64,000 nucleotides of DNA from Octopus sinensis (GCF_006345805.1 NC_043004.1:105772001-105836000); one strand, 5' to 3'; numbered from the stretch's first letter, positions 48,940 to 63,155 are shown. Notes: generated by a model not told the origin, from the letters alone. Translations and numbers: made by a program.

Positions 48940-49350
48940 TCATCATCATCATCGTTTAACGTCCGCTTTCCATGCTAGCATGGGTTGGATGATTTGACTG
49001 AGGACTGGCGAACCAGATGGCTGCACCAGGCTCCAATCTTGACCTGGCAGAGTTTCTACAGCTGGATGCCCTTCCTAATGCCAACCACTCATTAGAGTGT
49101 AGTAGGTGCTTTTACATGCCACCGGCACAAGGGCCAGTCATGCGGTAATGCCAACGATCACGGAAAAATTGTGTTTTTTTTTTACATGTCACCTGCACAC
49201 CGGCACAAGTGCCAGTAAGGTGACACTGGTAATGATCACACTCTATGGCGCTTTGTATGTGCCACTGGCATGAACATCAGTTAGCCACTCTGGCAACAAT
49301 TACACTCAGATGGTGCTCTTAGTGCTCTACTAGCACAGATGCCAGTCATT
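48940..49350 (-). mobile_element. RTE 3' UTR with tandem units, inverted relative to 47965-48178
   Basis: TTTAACGTCCGCTTTCCATGCTAGCATGGG..GGATGCCCTTCCT. Confidence 0.8.
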
Positions 49351-50223
49351 GAATAGTTACTAATGATGGTGTTTCGTAAAAGTGGTAGAACCCTTTACAA
49401 GATTTTAGGTTTATTTCTTCTCATTGTAAGTTTGTCTCCTGCTTGATCAATGTTGCCTTTCATCACTCGGTTATCTGATGGGGGAAAAACATAGAAGGAA
49501 TATATTAAAATATGTATCTTTGTTCCAATATAAGAAATCATTACATATTAATCATTCTACAGTTTTGATAATGGCCATAAAATGGTTAACTAGTTCAAGG
49601 AAACATTAGATAAGTTTTTTGTTATATAAAATAAAATAAAAAGAAAAAATACTATAAAACACGTTGCACCAAAATTTCACCGACTTCTAGTTATTTCACA
49701 TTTGATATTCCACCACCAAATATGGATGCTAAATGCTGGAAATGAAATGGTTTTACCAAATGTTCTCATTAAAATTTCAAGAAATTTGATAAATAAACAT
49801 TTCCCAAGCAAACTAATAAAGAAGAGGTAATTCTATATTGATATCAAATGTTATTAAATATTATTTTCATTCTAGCAGACAGCATGTGGTTAAATCCTGA
49901 GCATGGCATCTCACTGTAGCTGGTTACATGAAGTTATTGCTCTGACTGGGTTTCAAGTTCCATTATTTGGTATGCTTTGTTGTGAATTTACTACACATCA
50001 GCAACACAATAAACTAATGACAAAGCACTGGAGCCATGATGGATGGGAATCCTCTGTTCTGCAGCCAGACCTGCTAGAAGTAGCAGCTAAATCTCACTCA
50101 AATTACACTGTATCTTGAAATAAATCTACTACCTATATACAAATAAATATATATATATGTATGTATGGATGTATGAATGTATGTATGTACGTATGTATGT
50201 GTATGTGTGTGTATATATATAAT

Positions 50224-50309
<86 letters not shown>

Positions 50310-50625
50310 CTCAATTTATATGTATATATGAATTTGTGTAAATATATATATATATATAATTAAATCAAAGATATGAAATATATGTAAGTATGCTTGCAGG
50401 CAGGCATGCATGTACGCTTGGACTATGAATTTGTATTCCTTTCTGGTGTCATTGAAACAAATGGTCATGCAATTGAGGATGTTGACACAACTCTTGAAAA
50501 GATGGAGTTCTCAAAAACCTAGAAAGCACAAATGATTTACAAACTCCAAAGATGTCCAATCTATGCATGGACCTGTTAAAATTTGTTGAGAATTCAAACC
50601 TCTAAAATAAAATGAACAAAAATAT

Positions 50626-50669
<44 letters not shown>

Positions 50670-50946
50670 TTTATCATGAAGGAAACTTCTTGTAGTGAAA
50701 TTACATATACACACATGCCATTTTATTTTTTGTATCTGTTAGTCAGGAAGGACAACCTCTGAGGTTGGTGAGAAGAAAGAAAATACCCTCAAACCAGAGG
50801 TCTGGCCTGAATGTCTGCAACAATGCTAAAGGCACTGAAGATACCAGATAGTGATTTTAAATTGGATGACAAAATTAAGTCTACCACCCATATATAGAAA
50901 CAGATGTATGTATATAAGCATGCATGTATGTATGTATGTATGTATG

Positions 50947-50992
<46 letters not shown>

Positions 50993-51554
50993 AACACACA
51001 CATATATAATAGGAACAGTAAGCAAAAGTTTTCAAAATCTGACATGTGACTCCATCTACATGCTATTCTTGTTGAGTTGCCAAAGAAGGAATTTGTTTCT
51101 TGGTTGGAAATTGGGTCTATTATTATTGGAGAAATTTAAAGGAAGGTATACATATACAAATACATATATAAATACTTATACACCTACAAACATAGGCAAA
51201 TCTATGCCTGCTTAGATATTCTAAGTTTAAACGTTTTAGTGCCCAGGTTTTCCCTGCTGAAATAAATTATACAATTCTAAAAAATAAAATTGTAATTTTT
51301 TATGCACCTTGAATCTGTTTCATTAAAGCTAATGTTCTTAGATTCAACCTGATGACTTCATAAATTTTCTTTGGTCTGCATCCATATTGTCATCTCCCAG
51401 TATTTCATCTCCCAGCATGCATCTGCTGCTCATGTTACATGTTCATACTAACACAATCATTCTTCTTGTACAACTTTGGTTTATGATTTTGATAGCAAAG
51501 AACTGTCTGAATTCATTTCTGTTCTTCCTTTTCTTTCTTTTTTTTTTCTCTTGC

Positions 51555-51925
51555 TTCATTCATTGGATTGTGGCCATGCTGGGGCATCACTTTCAACAGT
51601 TTAGTGGAACAAATTGACCCCTTCTGCAGTGGTTATTTTTTAAGTCTGGCACGTATTCTGTCGGTCTCTTTTGGCAAGTGTCTTCTAATGTAGCTCTGGC
51701 CAGACCAATGTTTTGTGAGTGAATGTGGTAGAATCAGTTGTCAAGCAGTAGAGGGGGAAAACACAAAGACACACACACACATGACAGCCTTCTGCACAGT
51801 TTCCATCAACCATATTCATTCACAAAGCATTGGTCTAGCCAGGCCTATATTAGAAGATTCTTGCCCATGATGCCATGGGAATGAACCTGAGACCATATAG
51901 TTGCAAAGCGATCTTTTTAACCACA
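51555..51925 (-). mobile_element. SINE family B, diverged
   Basis: Collinear with 2345-2744; partly duplicated internally. Confidence 0.6.
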
Positions 51926-52499
51926 CAGAGGTAAAATTCCATGATGGTGCATGGCTTAGGATATTCAGCTCACAATTATAAGGTTGTGAGTTCACTTCCT
52001 CGTGGCACATTGTGTATTTGAGCATGACACGTTCTTTCACATCACTCCAGTCTACTCAGCTGGCAAAAATGAGTTGTGCATGTGATCCAAAGGGCCAGCA
52101 CTGTCACATTCTATATCATGTTGAGTCAACACAAGAACATTAAGGGCACACATGTAAATGAAATACTCAACCCCTTATATGTCAATTTTAAGAGCAGGCT
52201 GTTCAACTAGAAATCTTGTAGTTCTAACCAATGATGTCCCTTCTCATAGCCAACCACTAAAAATTTAGGTGCCACTATTCTACTCTCATTTATTTGCTTA
52301 ATTGTTTGCTTGAGTAGTGACTCTGGTTGTCTTCAGTGCTACTGAAGCTGGGAGGTCCAATTTTTTTTTATCAAAATATAAAAATTTCTATATTTTTTTC
52401 CTGTTTTACAAAACTTACATTTCTGGCAAGTTATTAATTAAATAATCCATTTCTATTCAATACATCATATGATGGACCAGTAAAACAAAATCAATTGTA

Positions 52500-52860
52500 C
52501 GAACAAACAATATGCACTGGAAATATGTTCATACGCATAGCAACAAAATTGCTTCCAATATATTGGTGGCTAAAAGAGTTAGTTAGGCAAAATATATTCA
52601 AATACTATCCACATAAATATATAACTGCATAATTTCATTCAGATACCAGGGGCTACAGTAGTTTGTAGTGCAAAATATGTTTATAGGCACATAACTACAT
52701 CACTTTGTTCAGATATTGCTTGTTCAGATGGTTTGTAGTGCAGAATATATTCAAATACTGTCTGCATTTGTAAAGAAATATGTTCAAACATATAGGTACA
52801 AAGCAGCATAACTTCTTCTCAATATTGTTTGGGCTATAATAGTTAGTAGTGCAAAACACT
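52500..52860. repeat. Diverged ~80-100-bp tandem repeat
   Basis: GTT(A/T)GTAGTGCA(A/G)AATAT(A/G)TT recurs near 52580, 52660, 52730 and 52840. Confidence 0.55.
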
Positions 52861-53137
52861 TAAAATTTAGATGACTATGTAGAAAATAGGAAAATGATCA
52901 GAGTTGACTGATGATAAGAACTGGCCAAATTTTGATAATAATAATAATAATAGAATTTGTATACATACACACGTGTGTGTGTGTGTGTGTATGCAGACAT
53001 GGCTGTGTGGTCAAAAAGCTTGCTTCTCAGGTTCTGTCCTACTGTGAAACACCCTGGACCAGTGTCTTCTGTTATAGCATCAGGCTGACAAAATTCTTGG
53101 TGAGTGGATTTAGTGAATGGAAACTGAAAGAAGCTTG

Positions 53138-53209
<72 letters not shown>

Positions 53210-54263
53210 TTAAGTGTGCCCTTCTCTTGACGTCACATGATGGTTGTAAATGAACATCACCATCATACATGCAACATTATTCATTTCTAGTCTTCCACTG
53301 AAAACCTGTCTGGCCATGAGGAAATATTACCTAATTTAGAGACAGTTGAGGATTGATGACAGGAAAGGCATCCACCTATAGAAAATCTGCCACAACAAAT
53401 TCCATCTGACCCCTACAAACGCTGAAAGCAAGCATTAAATGATGATGATATCTTAAAGATTATATTCAAATAATTCCTCTAGAATTACTGTTGCTTTAGC
53501 CCCTCTCTATTCATTTACCGTGTTTTGCTGTTGTACAGCATCAGTTTTTTTACACGCACCACATACAGTTTCTACTTTGCACAGAAAAAATAACTTCTCG
53601 TCTCTAAACTTATTCCAACTATGTCAAACACTTTTACATTATGCTATCAGATCCCATCAAAAACTATTTAGGTTATCTAAGAAATATAATTAACTTCAAA
53701 TAAAATATCTTATGATGTTTTTCCAATTTTTGGTCTTAACCAACTTATCCTTACATAATTTTATATATGATATCACAAGATAATATTGTTTTTTAATATG
53801 TGTACAAAACCACACGTGTGTGTGTGGTGGGATGCTTGTGCATCACTGGTAATTATACAATAATGAGGGCAGCAGAATAGCATTGGATTAGCAGTGGAGC
53901 AGAATGATAAAATGTTTGGCTAAATGTTTTGCAGTCTTTAGTTTTGTCCCTTTATATTCTAAATACAAACCTATCTCACCAAACTTTGCTTTATTTTTCA
54001 TTGCCTCTTCGTCATTATCATCATTATCATCACCTTCATCTTTACTACCATCGATTAATGTCCACTTTCCCATGCTTACATAAATCAGATGGAATTTATT
54101 GAGGCAGATTTCCTTTGGCCTGATCTCCTCCTTGTCACTCTTTTCTCTTTCACTTGTTTCCAAACAAGGTAATAATTTACCATTGAAGAACGGAAACGAA
54201 CAACATCACTTCTGTGGCAAGGATGCTCATTTGAAATCATCATATGAAAAAAGAGACAAGGGT

Positions 54264-54299
<36 letters not shown>

Positions 54300-54454
54300 T
54301 TGCATGCTTAAGAAGGTTTTTTTCTAACCATGTGGTCTTCGGTTCAGTCCCACTGTGTGGCACCTTGGAAATTATATTCTGCTATAGCTCCAGGCCTTTT
54401 GTGTGGATTTGGTAGATGGAAAGTTTATATGTATGTGTGTATGTTGTATTCTTT

Positions 54455-54850
54455 TATTCTTTTACTTGCTTTAGTCATTCGACTGCGGCCATGCTGGAGC
54501 ACTGCCGTTAGTCAAACAAGTTGACCCCAGAACTTATTCTTTGTAAGCTTAGTACTTATTCTATTGGTCTTTTTGCCGAACGGCTAAGTTACGGGGACGT
54601 AAACACACCAGCATCGGTTGTCAAGCAATGCTAGGGGGACAAACACAGGCACACAAGCATATACATATATATACTTATATATATACAACAGGTTTCTTTC
54701 AGTTTCCATCTACCAAATCCACTCACAAAACTTTGGTCGGCCCAAAGCTATAGTAGAAGACACTTGCCCAAAGTTCCACACAATGGGACTGAACCCGGAA
54801 CTATGCGGTTGGTAAGCAAGCTACTTACCACACAGCCACTCCTGCGCCTA
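54455..54850 (-). mobile_element. Full-length SINE family B, young
   Basis: Highly similar to 2345-2744; CpGs intact. Confidence 0.9.
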
Positions 54851-55484
54851 TCATCAGCATGTATACTGTCACCCAAGCACATTAAGAAAAACTCATAAAT
54901 ATATACATCTCATATATGTACATGACTGTGTGTGTATATATATATGCATATATATATATATACATCATACATAATCATGTTGTGTTTGTGTGTGTGTGTT
55001 GTTAACTAAGATAAATGTGACAACAACATATCTTAAGATGGGATATTTATCTCAGCTGTGTGCCCCACCCAGACAAATATCTCGACAATAAAAACATAAG
55101 ATACGTGTCTTTCCTACCAAAAATCATATCAGTTCTGTGAGACAACCCAAGAATATTTATCTACAAGATAGCATCCAAAGACGTGGAAGTATTTATGTCA
55201 GGATAAGATAGGCTTTTTATTGGGGATTTCAGTAAAAATTGAAATTGCTCAATAGAGTTTACATTTGTCCGTTTCCTTGTGATTGTGAATATATCTCTTT
55301 ACTTATATCAAACGTGTACACACACTCATTCACATATATATCCTTTGATTCTTTTACTGGTTTCAGTCATCAGACTGTGGCCCTGTGGCCATTCTGGGGT
55401 ACAGCCTTCATAAATTTAGACTCCAGTAATAATTTTATAATCTGGATACTTAATTTAGCAATCTCTGTATATCAAACTGACATA

Positions 55485-55524
<40 letters not shown>

Positions 55525-55610
55525 GTGTGTGTGTGTGTGTAGGTGTGTGTGTGTATACATATTGTGTTTGTGTGTGTGTATATAAATATACATACAAGAT
55601 ACATATACAC

Positions 55611-55719
<109 letters not shown>

Positions 55720-55768
55720 ATATATATTTATCTATGTATGTATATGTACATGTGTGTGTGTGTACATA

Positions 55769-56460
55769 TTGGGTAATCCCATAAATGATGGGATTTTTTT
55801 TTTAATTGCATGAACTAAAAGTCGGAGGGAGATGAGTTAAACTACCTGCATCAACTTGCTATAAAAGCAGGTAGTAATTTTACCTTATTTTTTTACCTAG
55901 TGCAAATTTGGAAGAGTGCAGTTCGATTTTAACAGTTATTTTTGTCAAAGATATAATGCAAGTGGTCAAAGAGCACATTCGGCTCATTTTGCTTTATGAG
56001 TTCCATAAAGGCAATAACGCAATGGAAAGTGTGAAAAATATTAATGCAGTATACGGGGATCAGACAATAAGTGTAAGCTAGTGTCAACGGTGGTTCCAGA
56101 AATTCTGAGCTGTAAACTACAGCTTAGAAGATGAGCCTCATCCTGGAAGATTTGTAGAGTTCAATGAGGACGTCCTGCAAACCCTGGTGGAACAAAATCC
56201 TATTGTAACTGTTGAGAAATTAGCAGAGAAGCTTGGATTTGGTCATTCAATCATTCATTGACACCTGTGTGCCATCAGAAAAGTCAGCAAATTGGGTCAA
56301 TGGATTCCTCACAAACTCTTCAAGTCTAATTGTGCACAGAGAGTGAATGTGTGCTCTTTTCTTGTTGTCACGTCTCACCAATGAGCCTTTTTTGGACCAA
56401 ATAGTGACCAGTGACAAGAAATGGGTTCTCTATAAGAATGTCAAGTGCCAAAGACAGTGG
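55769..56460 (+). mobile_element. Mariner relic: 5' TIR plus N-terminal transposase pseudogene (ATG at 55956)
   Basis: MQVVKEHIRLILLYEFHKG..CQRWFQKF..WIPHKL..IVTSDKKWVLY (WVPHEL and first catalytic-D motifs); stops at 56079, 56106 and 56259 plus a frameshift; TA then TIR TTGGGTAATCCCATAAATG. Confidence 0.92.
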
Positions 56461-56553
56461 AAGGAAGACAGAACAAATGGATCTGACCACAGAACGGCTG
56501 CTATTTTGTTTTAGATAGGTTCCCTCAGCCTCACTGAGGTCAGAATTATGATT

Positions 56554-56584
<31 letters not shown>

Positions 56585-56599
56585 TTCTCTCTCTCTCTT

Positions 56600-56635
<36 letters not shown>

Positions 56636-58105
56636 AGCCCATTTTATATCAGCTAATATCCAGATTGACTCATCTGGTGATAGTAATTTGGCAAGCAGTA
56701 GTTTACAGGTAAATCACATAACCAAACATAGCACATTTGTATTAATTAATTGTAAATAAGAATAAACATTTAGCATTGCTCTAGAATAACTTTAGCATTA
56801 TGACCCCTGGAGAGAATTAATTATTTCACGTACTTCCTGGTGTGTTGCATAAATATGGTATATCTAGTTAACTATGACACTCTTCAGAGTTGTATCTCTT
56901 GGAATGGATTCCAAAATGTTTCTGAAACAGCTAGATTTACAATGTTAAATGGATGAGCTGTGTTTTTTCTCTTGGAATGGAAGCTAGAATGAAATATCTC
57001 TGGGATGGATTTTTTTTTTCTTTTTCTTTTAATATTATAGTCAGAAGGGAAGGGATATCTATGATGCTTTGCAAGGCTTCCAAGACAAGAGAGAAGGAAG
57101 AAGTTTTCCTCAAACCGAAGCCTTGGCCCAAATACTTGCATTAGAAGGATTCTCGTTAAAAGCACCCAAAGTGCCAAGTGGTGGTAATAACTTGAACAAC
57201 AAATTAAATCTACCACCTATATAGGCCATAGTGGGATTTGAACTCAGAGCTTAAAGAACTGGTACAAATACTACAAAGCATTTGGTCCTGTTGTCTTATA
57301 GTTTCAGCAATTGACCCAGAAAGGATGAAAGGCAAATTTGATCTTGGTGGGGTTTGAACTCAGAGTACAGAGAGCTGGAGCAAATAACACAAGGCTTTTT
57401 ATCTTACACCCCTGCCAGTTAGCTCCCTCAAATGTTTTCACTCATTTCTTTGATTCTTTTAGGGGTTCATTTTATTTTTTATTTTTGTTTAGCTCCCTGC
57501 TTTAATAATGCTAGCACATCATGTATTCTACCATATTCACATATTCAATATAAATTCCTCCCTTTGGGAATGAACCCTTAACCATTTGGTTCCTTTTTCT
57601 CTGTGGTTAGATTTTCTCCAACAGACATCAGTGTTTTCAGCTGCACGGCACTTCACCTGTTAGTAACTTTTGATGCAAAACCTTGTTGTCCCTTGACATC
57701 TGTGGCTGAGACTCGGGTGCAACTCATATAAAACATAGCCAAAGTAGTAACAACTATAACAACAACAACAATGATAATAATAGTAATAACGGGCTCTCCC
57801 ATCGAAGACGATGTATGGATGTTTCCCGATTGCCAAACGACCTGCACACCTGATTTGTTTATAGTGATTAAATGCATGTGCTGCACATTAGCTCATTCTC
57901 ACCTTTAAAATGACATTGTCTGAATGGGTGCATTGTGTACTATGTGTCAGGTGTCGAAATGATTACAGAGCAACATGAGATGAAATATTTCGCTCAAGAA
58001 CATAACACACCACCCGTTCTAGGAGTTGGAACCACAATCTTGCAACCTGAATGTAGCACCCTAAGCACTAGGCCATATGCCCTCCACAACAATAACGATA
58101 ATAAC

Positions 58106-58162
<57 letters not shown>

Positions 58163-58163
<1 letters not shown>

Positions 58164-58673
58164 GACTTGACAGAGCAAAAAATTGGTGCAACTACAAACC
58201 TGAAGGCATTGTGGAAAATAGAAATGCAAAGATCCTTTGGGATTTTATGATTCAGTGCGACCATGAGATAGAGAATGGGAAGCCAGACAGTCTTAATTGA
58301 GAAAGAAAACAAACTATGCCGATCATAGACATAGCATGCCCAGCTGACAACAAGGTATGCGATAAGGAAGAAAGAAAAGTTGAGAGATCTGACAGGTTAG
58401 CTTGGGAAGTTAAGCAGCTGTGGTCGATGAAAAAGGTAGCAGTAGTACCAATAATTGTCGGAGCCCTGGTAACAGTGAGCAAAAATCTCAAGAAGTACGT
58501 GGAACAAATAGGGGCTGCAATAAGGGTGGAGCACTTGCAGAAAACAGCACTGCTTGGATCCGCTCGAATAGTCCGGAAGGTGCTCAAAAAAATAAGAGTT
58601 GTTACCTTAGTTCACTGGTAGTGAACAGCTGACACCATAGCACATCTCCAGCATTAGAAGCTGTGCAAAAGCA
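58163..58673 (+). mobile_element. 5'-truncated R4/Dong-like non-LTR retrotransposon (restriction-like endonuclease domain) within (AAT)n
   Basis: KPEGIVENRNAKILWDFMIQCDHEIENGKPD / IIDIACPAD..KEERKVE..VPIIVGAL..LQKTALLGSARIVRKVL; (AAT)n on both sides. Confidence 0.85.
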
Positions 58674-58702
58674 ATGATAATAATAACAACAACAACAACA
58701 AC

Positions 58703-58736
<34 letters not shown>

Positions 58737-59299
58737 TAATAATAATAATAATAACAACAATAATAATAATGATAATAATAAGGGGTAGGGTGTAATCTGT
58801 GGGGAAGGCAGAACAAGTTGATCTTACTACAGAATGCTATTTTGCTGTTGAGCTACACTCCCTCCTGGATAGGATGCAATCACAGAGTTAACTTCCCAGC
58901 TATTGCTTGAACTCATTTACAGCTGAGTGGACTGGGTCAACATGAAATGTAACGTTTTCCTCAAGAACACAATGCACTGCATTTGTTCAGAAATCAAAAC
59001 CATGATTGTAAGATCATGAGTACACCACCCGAACCACTAAACCACGTGGCTTCACAGTGTGATAAAAGAGCTTCCAATATCTGACTGAACTGATTACAAA
59101 CCTCAGTTTACAAAATGTTGGTCGGCTATTTTTTTTTTTGTTTTTGTTTGAAAGAAACGAATATTTTTTTTCTTCTTTTTAAGTATATCCTTTTATTGAA
59201 CGTGACTCACCTTTTTATCCTATCTACCATCTTGAGAAAGCTACACTCTACTTGGCTTATCTCAAGTATATAGATAGATTAAACAGATAACTGTTCATT

Positions 59300-60044
59300 C
59301 ATTCAGTCTTTCATACATTCATACATACACACATACATACGTGCATACATACATACATACATATATACATACATGCATAACCACATACATACGTGCATAC
59401 ATATGTAACCACATACGTAACTACATACATATGTACATTCATTCATTCTTTTATAGATACAAACACAAAGACACACATACATACAATTACATACATACAT
59501 ACATATGCACATCCACACCCACACACACACACACTCATATACACACATCCATCCATCCATACATACAGATACACACATACATGCACATGCACACACTCAC
59601 AAACACACAGATCACACAATGTGTGTGTACTTTTAAATATATAACACACTGCACATTCAAATCAGTGTCTGGTGCAAGATAACAGATGCGTCAGTTCTGC
59701 TTGTACTCTGATGTAGTTATCATCCATTGATCAGTGATGTAACTGGTGGGCAGTTGTTTATATACCGGTGCACCGACTGACTGATAGACTTTCTCACTGA
59801 CACACTAGCTGACTGACTGACTGGCTGGTTGGCTGGTTGACATATACATACACTTTCGGGCAGTCCTGTAAATGTGATATTACATACATCTATTAACTGA
59901 TATATATATACATATGTACATACTACATACATACATACATACATACATACATACAGTGATGGACTCTGCTGATGAATACTATAGATGGATATGTATGTAT
60001 GTATGTATGTATGTATGCATGTATGCATATACCTATATTTTATA

Positions 60045-60084
<40 letters not shown>

Positions 60085-60320
60085 TCTATATATATATATA
60101 TATATATATATTCATGTATATATATATATATTCATATGTATATATATATATTCATATATATATATATATTCATGATGATGATGATGATGATGATATATAT
60201 ATATATTCATATTCATATATATATATATATATTATATATATATATATATTCATACATATACATATATATATGTGTGTGTGTATATACATGTACATGCACA
60301 CACACACACACACACATGCC
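59300..60320. repeat. Compound (TACA)n/(TA)n/(CA)n/(GAT)n microsatellite field
   Basis: Directly visible. Confidence 0.9.
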
Positions 60321-60948
60321 CAGACATTAGAGTGGATTAAATTTTATGCTGTGAAAAGAAGAGATAACACACAAACATATATATTATTATCATCGGACTG
60401 TTACATACATACATTCACTAATAAATATGAAATGACTGATTGACTAACAATACATATAAAATAAATACTGATTCAGATGTTTACATATAAAAAAAAGATG
60501 ATACAAGCCTACATATTGAGCTATTTTTAGGAAATTGAATGACCTGTTAAAAATAGCATCCAAATCTCCCTCAGATCATACCTTCCTGCACTGAAAAGGA
60601 AAGTAGTTCTAAGATATACTATATATATATATGAATAAGAAAATAGATGGAATGACCATGGCTAGAATGTCATTGATCATAGGTTTGTTGGATCTAGGAT
60701 GATCTAGTGTTAAATAGCAATTCACATATATATATATATATAATATATATATATATGCACACCTGTACGAACTAGACATGAGAACAGTGAGTTGAAGAAT
60801 GATTGAGAGAAGAAAGTTGTTGGAAAATGGAAGACATAAGGAGAGAAGAAATGTAAGACGAATGAGAATAAGAGAAAGAGAGTGAGAGAAAGAGGGAGAG
60901 AGAGAGAGGCAGAGAAAGGAACAGAGAATGAGAAGAACAGAGTAAAAC

Positions 60949-60979
<31 letters not shown>

Positions 60980-61961
60980 AAGATTGGAAATAATTACACC
61001 ACCTACAACTATATAGGTGTCAGCCAAATTGACTTAACAAACCTGCCAGATTTAATAGAGAAATATAAATAGTCAGATTAGCAGAACTTCAGCCATTGTC
61101 CAAGGATGGTAGTAGTGGTGTAGTTGATGGGTAGATGCGGGCTATATAAGTCCAGTAATAACAAAGCCGTTAAATTATTAACTAAACGGTACTTTGCAAC
61201 GTTATTTGACTATGTAGAATCTATTAAACCAGTCTGTGTAACTGGATTACGCCTGACAGTGTTCTGCGACTGTTTGTGTTCTTTTCTTTTCAGTGTAGCA
61301 GACGTATTTTACTTTGTTTTATTAATACTAATTCTCAATGTTATTTCCTTCAAAGTTATTCTTGTTGACTGAGGTAACCTTGGATGTATAAATATTGACC
61401 CTTTAACATTTAAACGGACCACATCTGGATCAAATATCCAACCTGTTTTATGTTAAAACTGGTCAGATCCAGCCTCTCATACCTATTCTACAATGTCATT
61501 CTAAAAATAAACGATCATCATCATCATGGTTTGACTGGGACTGATAAGCCACAGAGCTGTACCAGTCTGATTTGGCTTGGTTTCTAGAGCTGCATGCCCT
61601 TCCTGTGGGTGCCATTTATGGGTCACCAGCACAATGTATTTCATGTGATCATGTGACCAACCAGGCTATCTTTGGTCAGAGTGTGCTTTCACATTGTTTT
61701 AGCCTTCAAATGAGGCCCCCCTGCTGGCTAGGCAAGCAGGCCAACATTACCCCCTGATCAAAAGGGGAACTGGAATAATGTGAAATGGAGTGCTTTGCTC
61801 AAGAACACAACATGCCACCCAATCAGGGAATTGAACTCATGATCTAGTGATGATCATGAGAGCAACAACCTAACCACTAGGCCACGCGCTTTCACACAAT
61901 ATATATATTCTTCGATAAGACTTGGCCAGAATTGGCCCAGGCCATGATTAACTTAATAACG

Positions 61962-62181
61962 TTACCTTTCGTTACTGTATTTATTTTGAGATGCACTGTT
62001 TCTTTCAATTACTTTAAATATAATAAAAAATTTAGTAAAATAACTTAGTTATCATTAAGCTTGTGTTAGGAACATAAATTGTGACTAAGATTTGGTGGAA
62101 GATTTTAATTCAAAACTTATGAAAACAAGACATTTGTACTCAGAGCCAGAGCTGGTTTCAGCCAGGTTGGTAATGAAAGGG
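61962..62181. mobile_element. TTAA-flanked MITE, same family as 27454-27679
   Basis: Shared AATTTAGTAAAATAACTTAGTTATCATTAAGCT..CAAAACTTATGAAAACAAGACA; ends GAAAGGG|TTAA. Confidence 0.75.
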
Positions 62182-63103
62182 TTAATGATGTTTCATATTA
62201 GAATAATTCTTTGGGCCCCATAGTCCATTTGAGTAAAGGTGCAGAGATGTTTCCAGACATAGGTAATTGATCTGGATTCCATTAGAAATATTCAGCCTGG
62301 AACTGTTTGAATATTATGAGACGTTTTTCTTCTCGTAAATAACATAAAAAGATGACTGCAGAAAAGAGAAGATCAAAGAAGAATTCCTTAATTTATGTTG
62401 TCTACTCAAAAAGTAAAGAGTTAAAAGAAATATCCTTTCTGCTATAGACACAAGACTTGAAATTCTGGGACGGGATCTAATCAATTACATCAATTAGTAC
62501 TTGTTATATAGACCCTGAAAGGATGAAACACAAAGTTGACCCTTGACAGGATTTGAAGTCAGAACATAAAGGCATGAAAGCTGCTAAGCATTTTGTCTCG
62601 TGTACCAACAATCCTCATAACTCACCCTCTTAAGAGTTGCAAGAAATTTTCTATAACATTCTTATCATTTTGCATTAGCAAAAAGTAGTGTTACTGGATC
62701 TTGCATGGCCATTATTTTTTGCTGGTTCTTTGTCTCAGGTTATATTTCTTATCTGCAATGTTTTTATGATCTGAGATTTAAAAAGGCATTTTTTTTCAAA
62801 GATGTAACTATCTTGAATGAAATTAACTGACAATATTTTCAGAGAAGGGCACAAGGCCCAAGTGAATTCAAGGACTCATTATCTTATGAGACAGTAGTGC
62901 TAATGTTACTAATAATTGTTTGTTTCAATAACTAAAGTGGAGCTGTTGTTGTTGCAAGATGAATATAATCTATAATAAAAAATTCTTGGTAAATATACAG
63001 AAAATGTTTTGTATAGAACTGCAATACTAAGATTTTCTTCCACCTTGACAGATTATCTAAAAAAATTGTTCTAAACATAATTTTTTTTTTAAATTATATA
63101 ATT

Positions 63104-63155
63104 CTAATTTTTTTAATTATTAATTAATGTTTTCTTTTATCTATTTCAGGTAAGT
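63104..63155 (+). other. Candidate recursive splice site (3' splice site immediately followed by a 5' splice site)
   Basis: CTAAT branch motif at 63104-63108, pyrimidine tract, CAG 63147-63149 then GTAAGT 63150-63155; no AG in 63052-63147. Confidence 0.5.

Noticed and set aside
50742-50910. Purine-rich exon-like stretch after a T-rich acceptor
   Set aside because: All three frames close and the donors are weak
56820-56890. Minus-strand CTGAAGAG ... GAAA spacing like a hammerhead
   Set aside because: Helix III is not palindromic and stems I and II pair poorly
59205-59260. Perfect minus-strand donor AAG|GTGAGT
   Set aside because: No convincing upstream acceptor; chance-level occurrence
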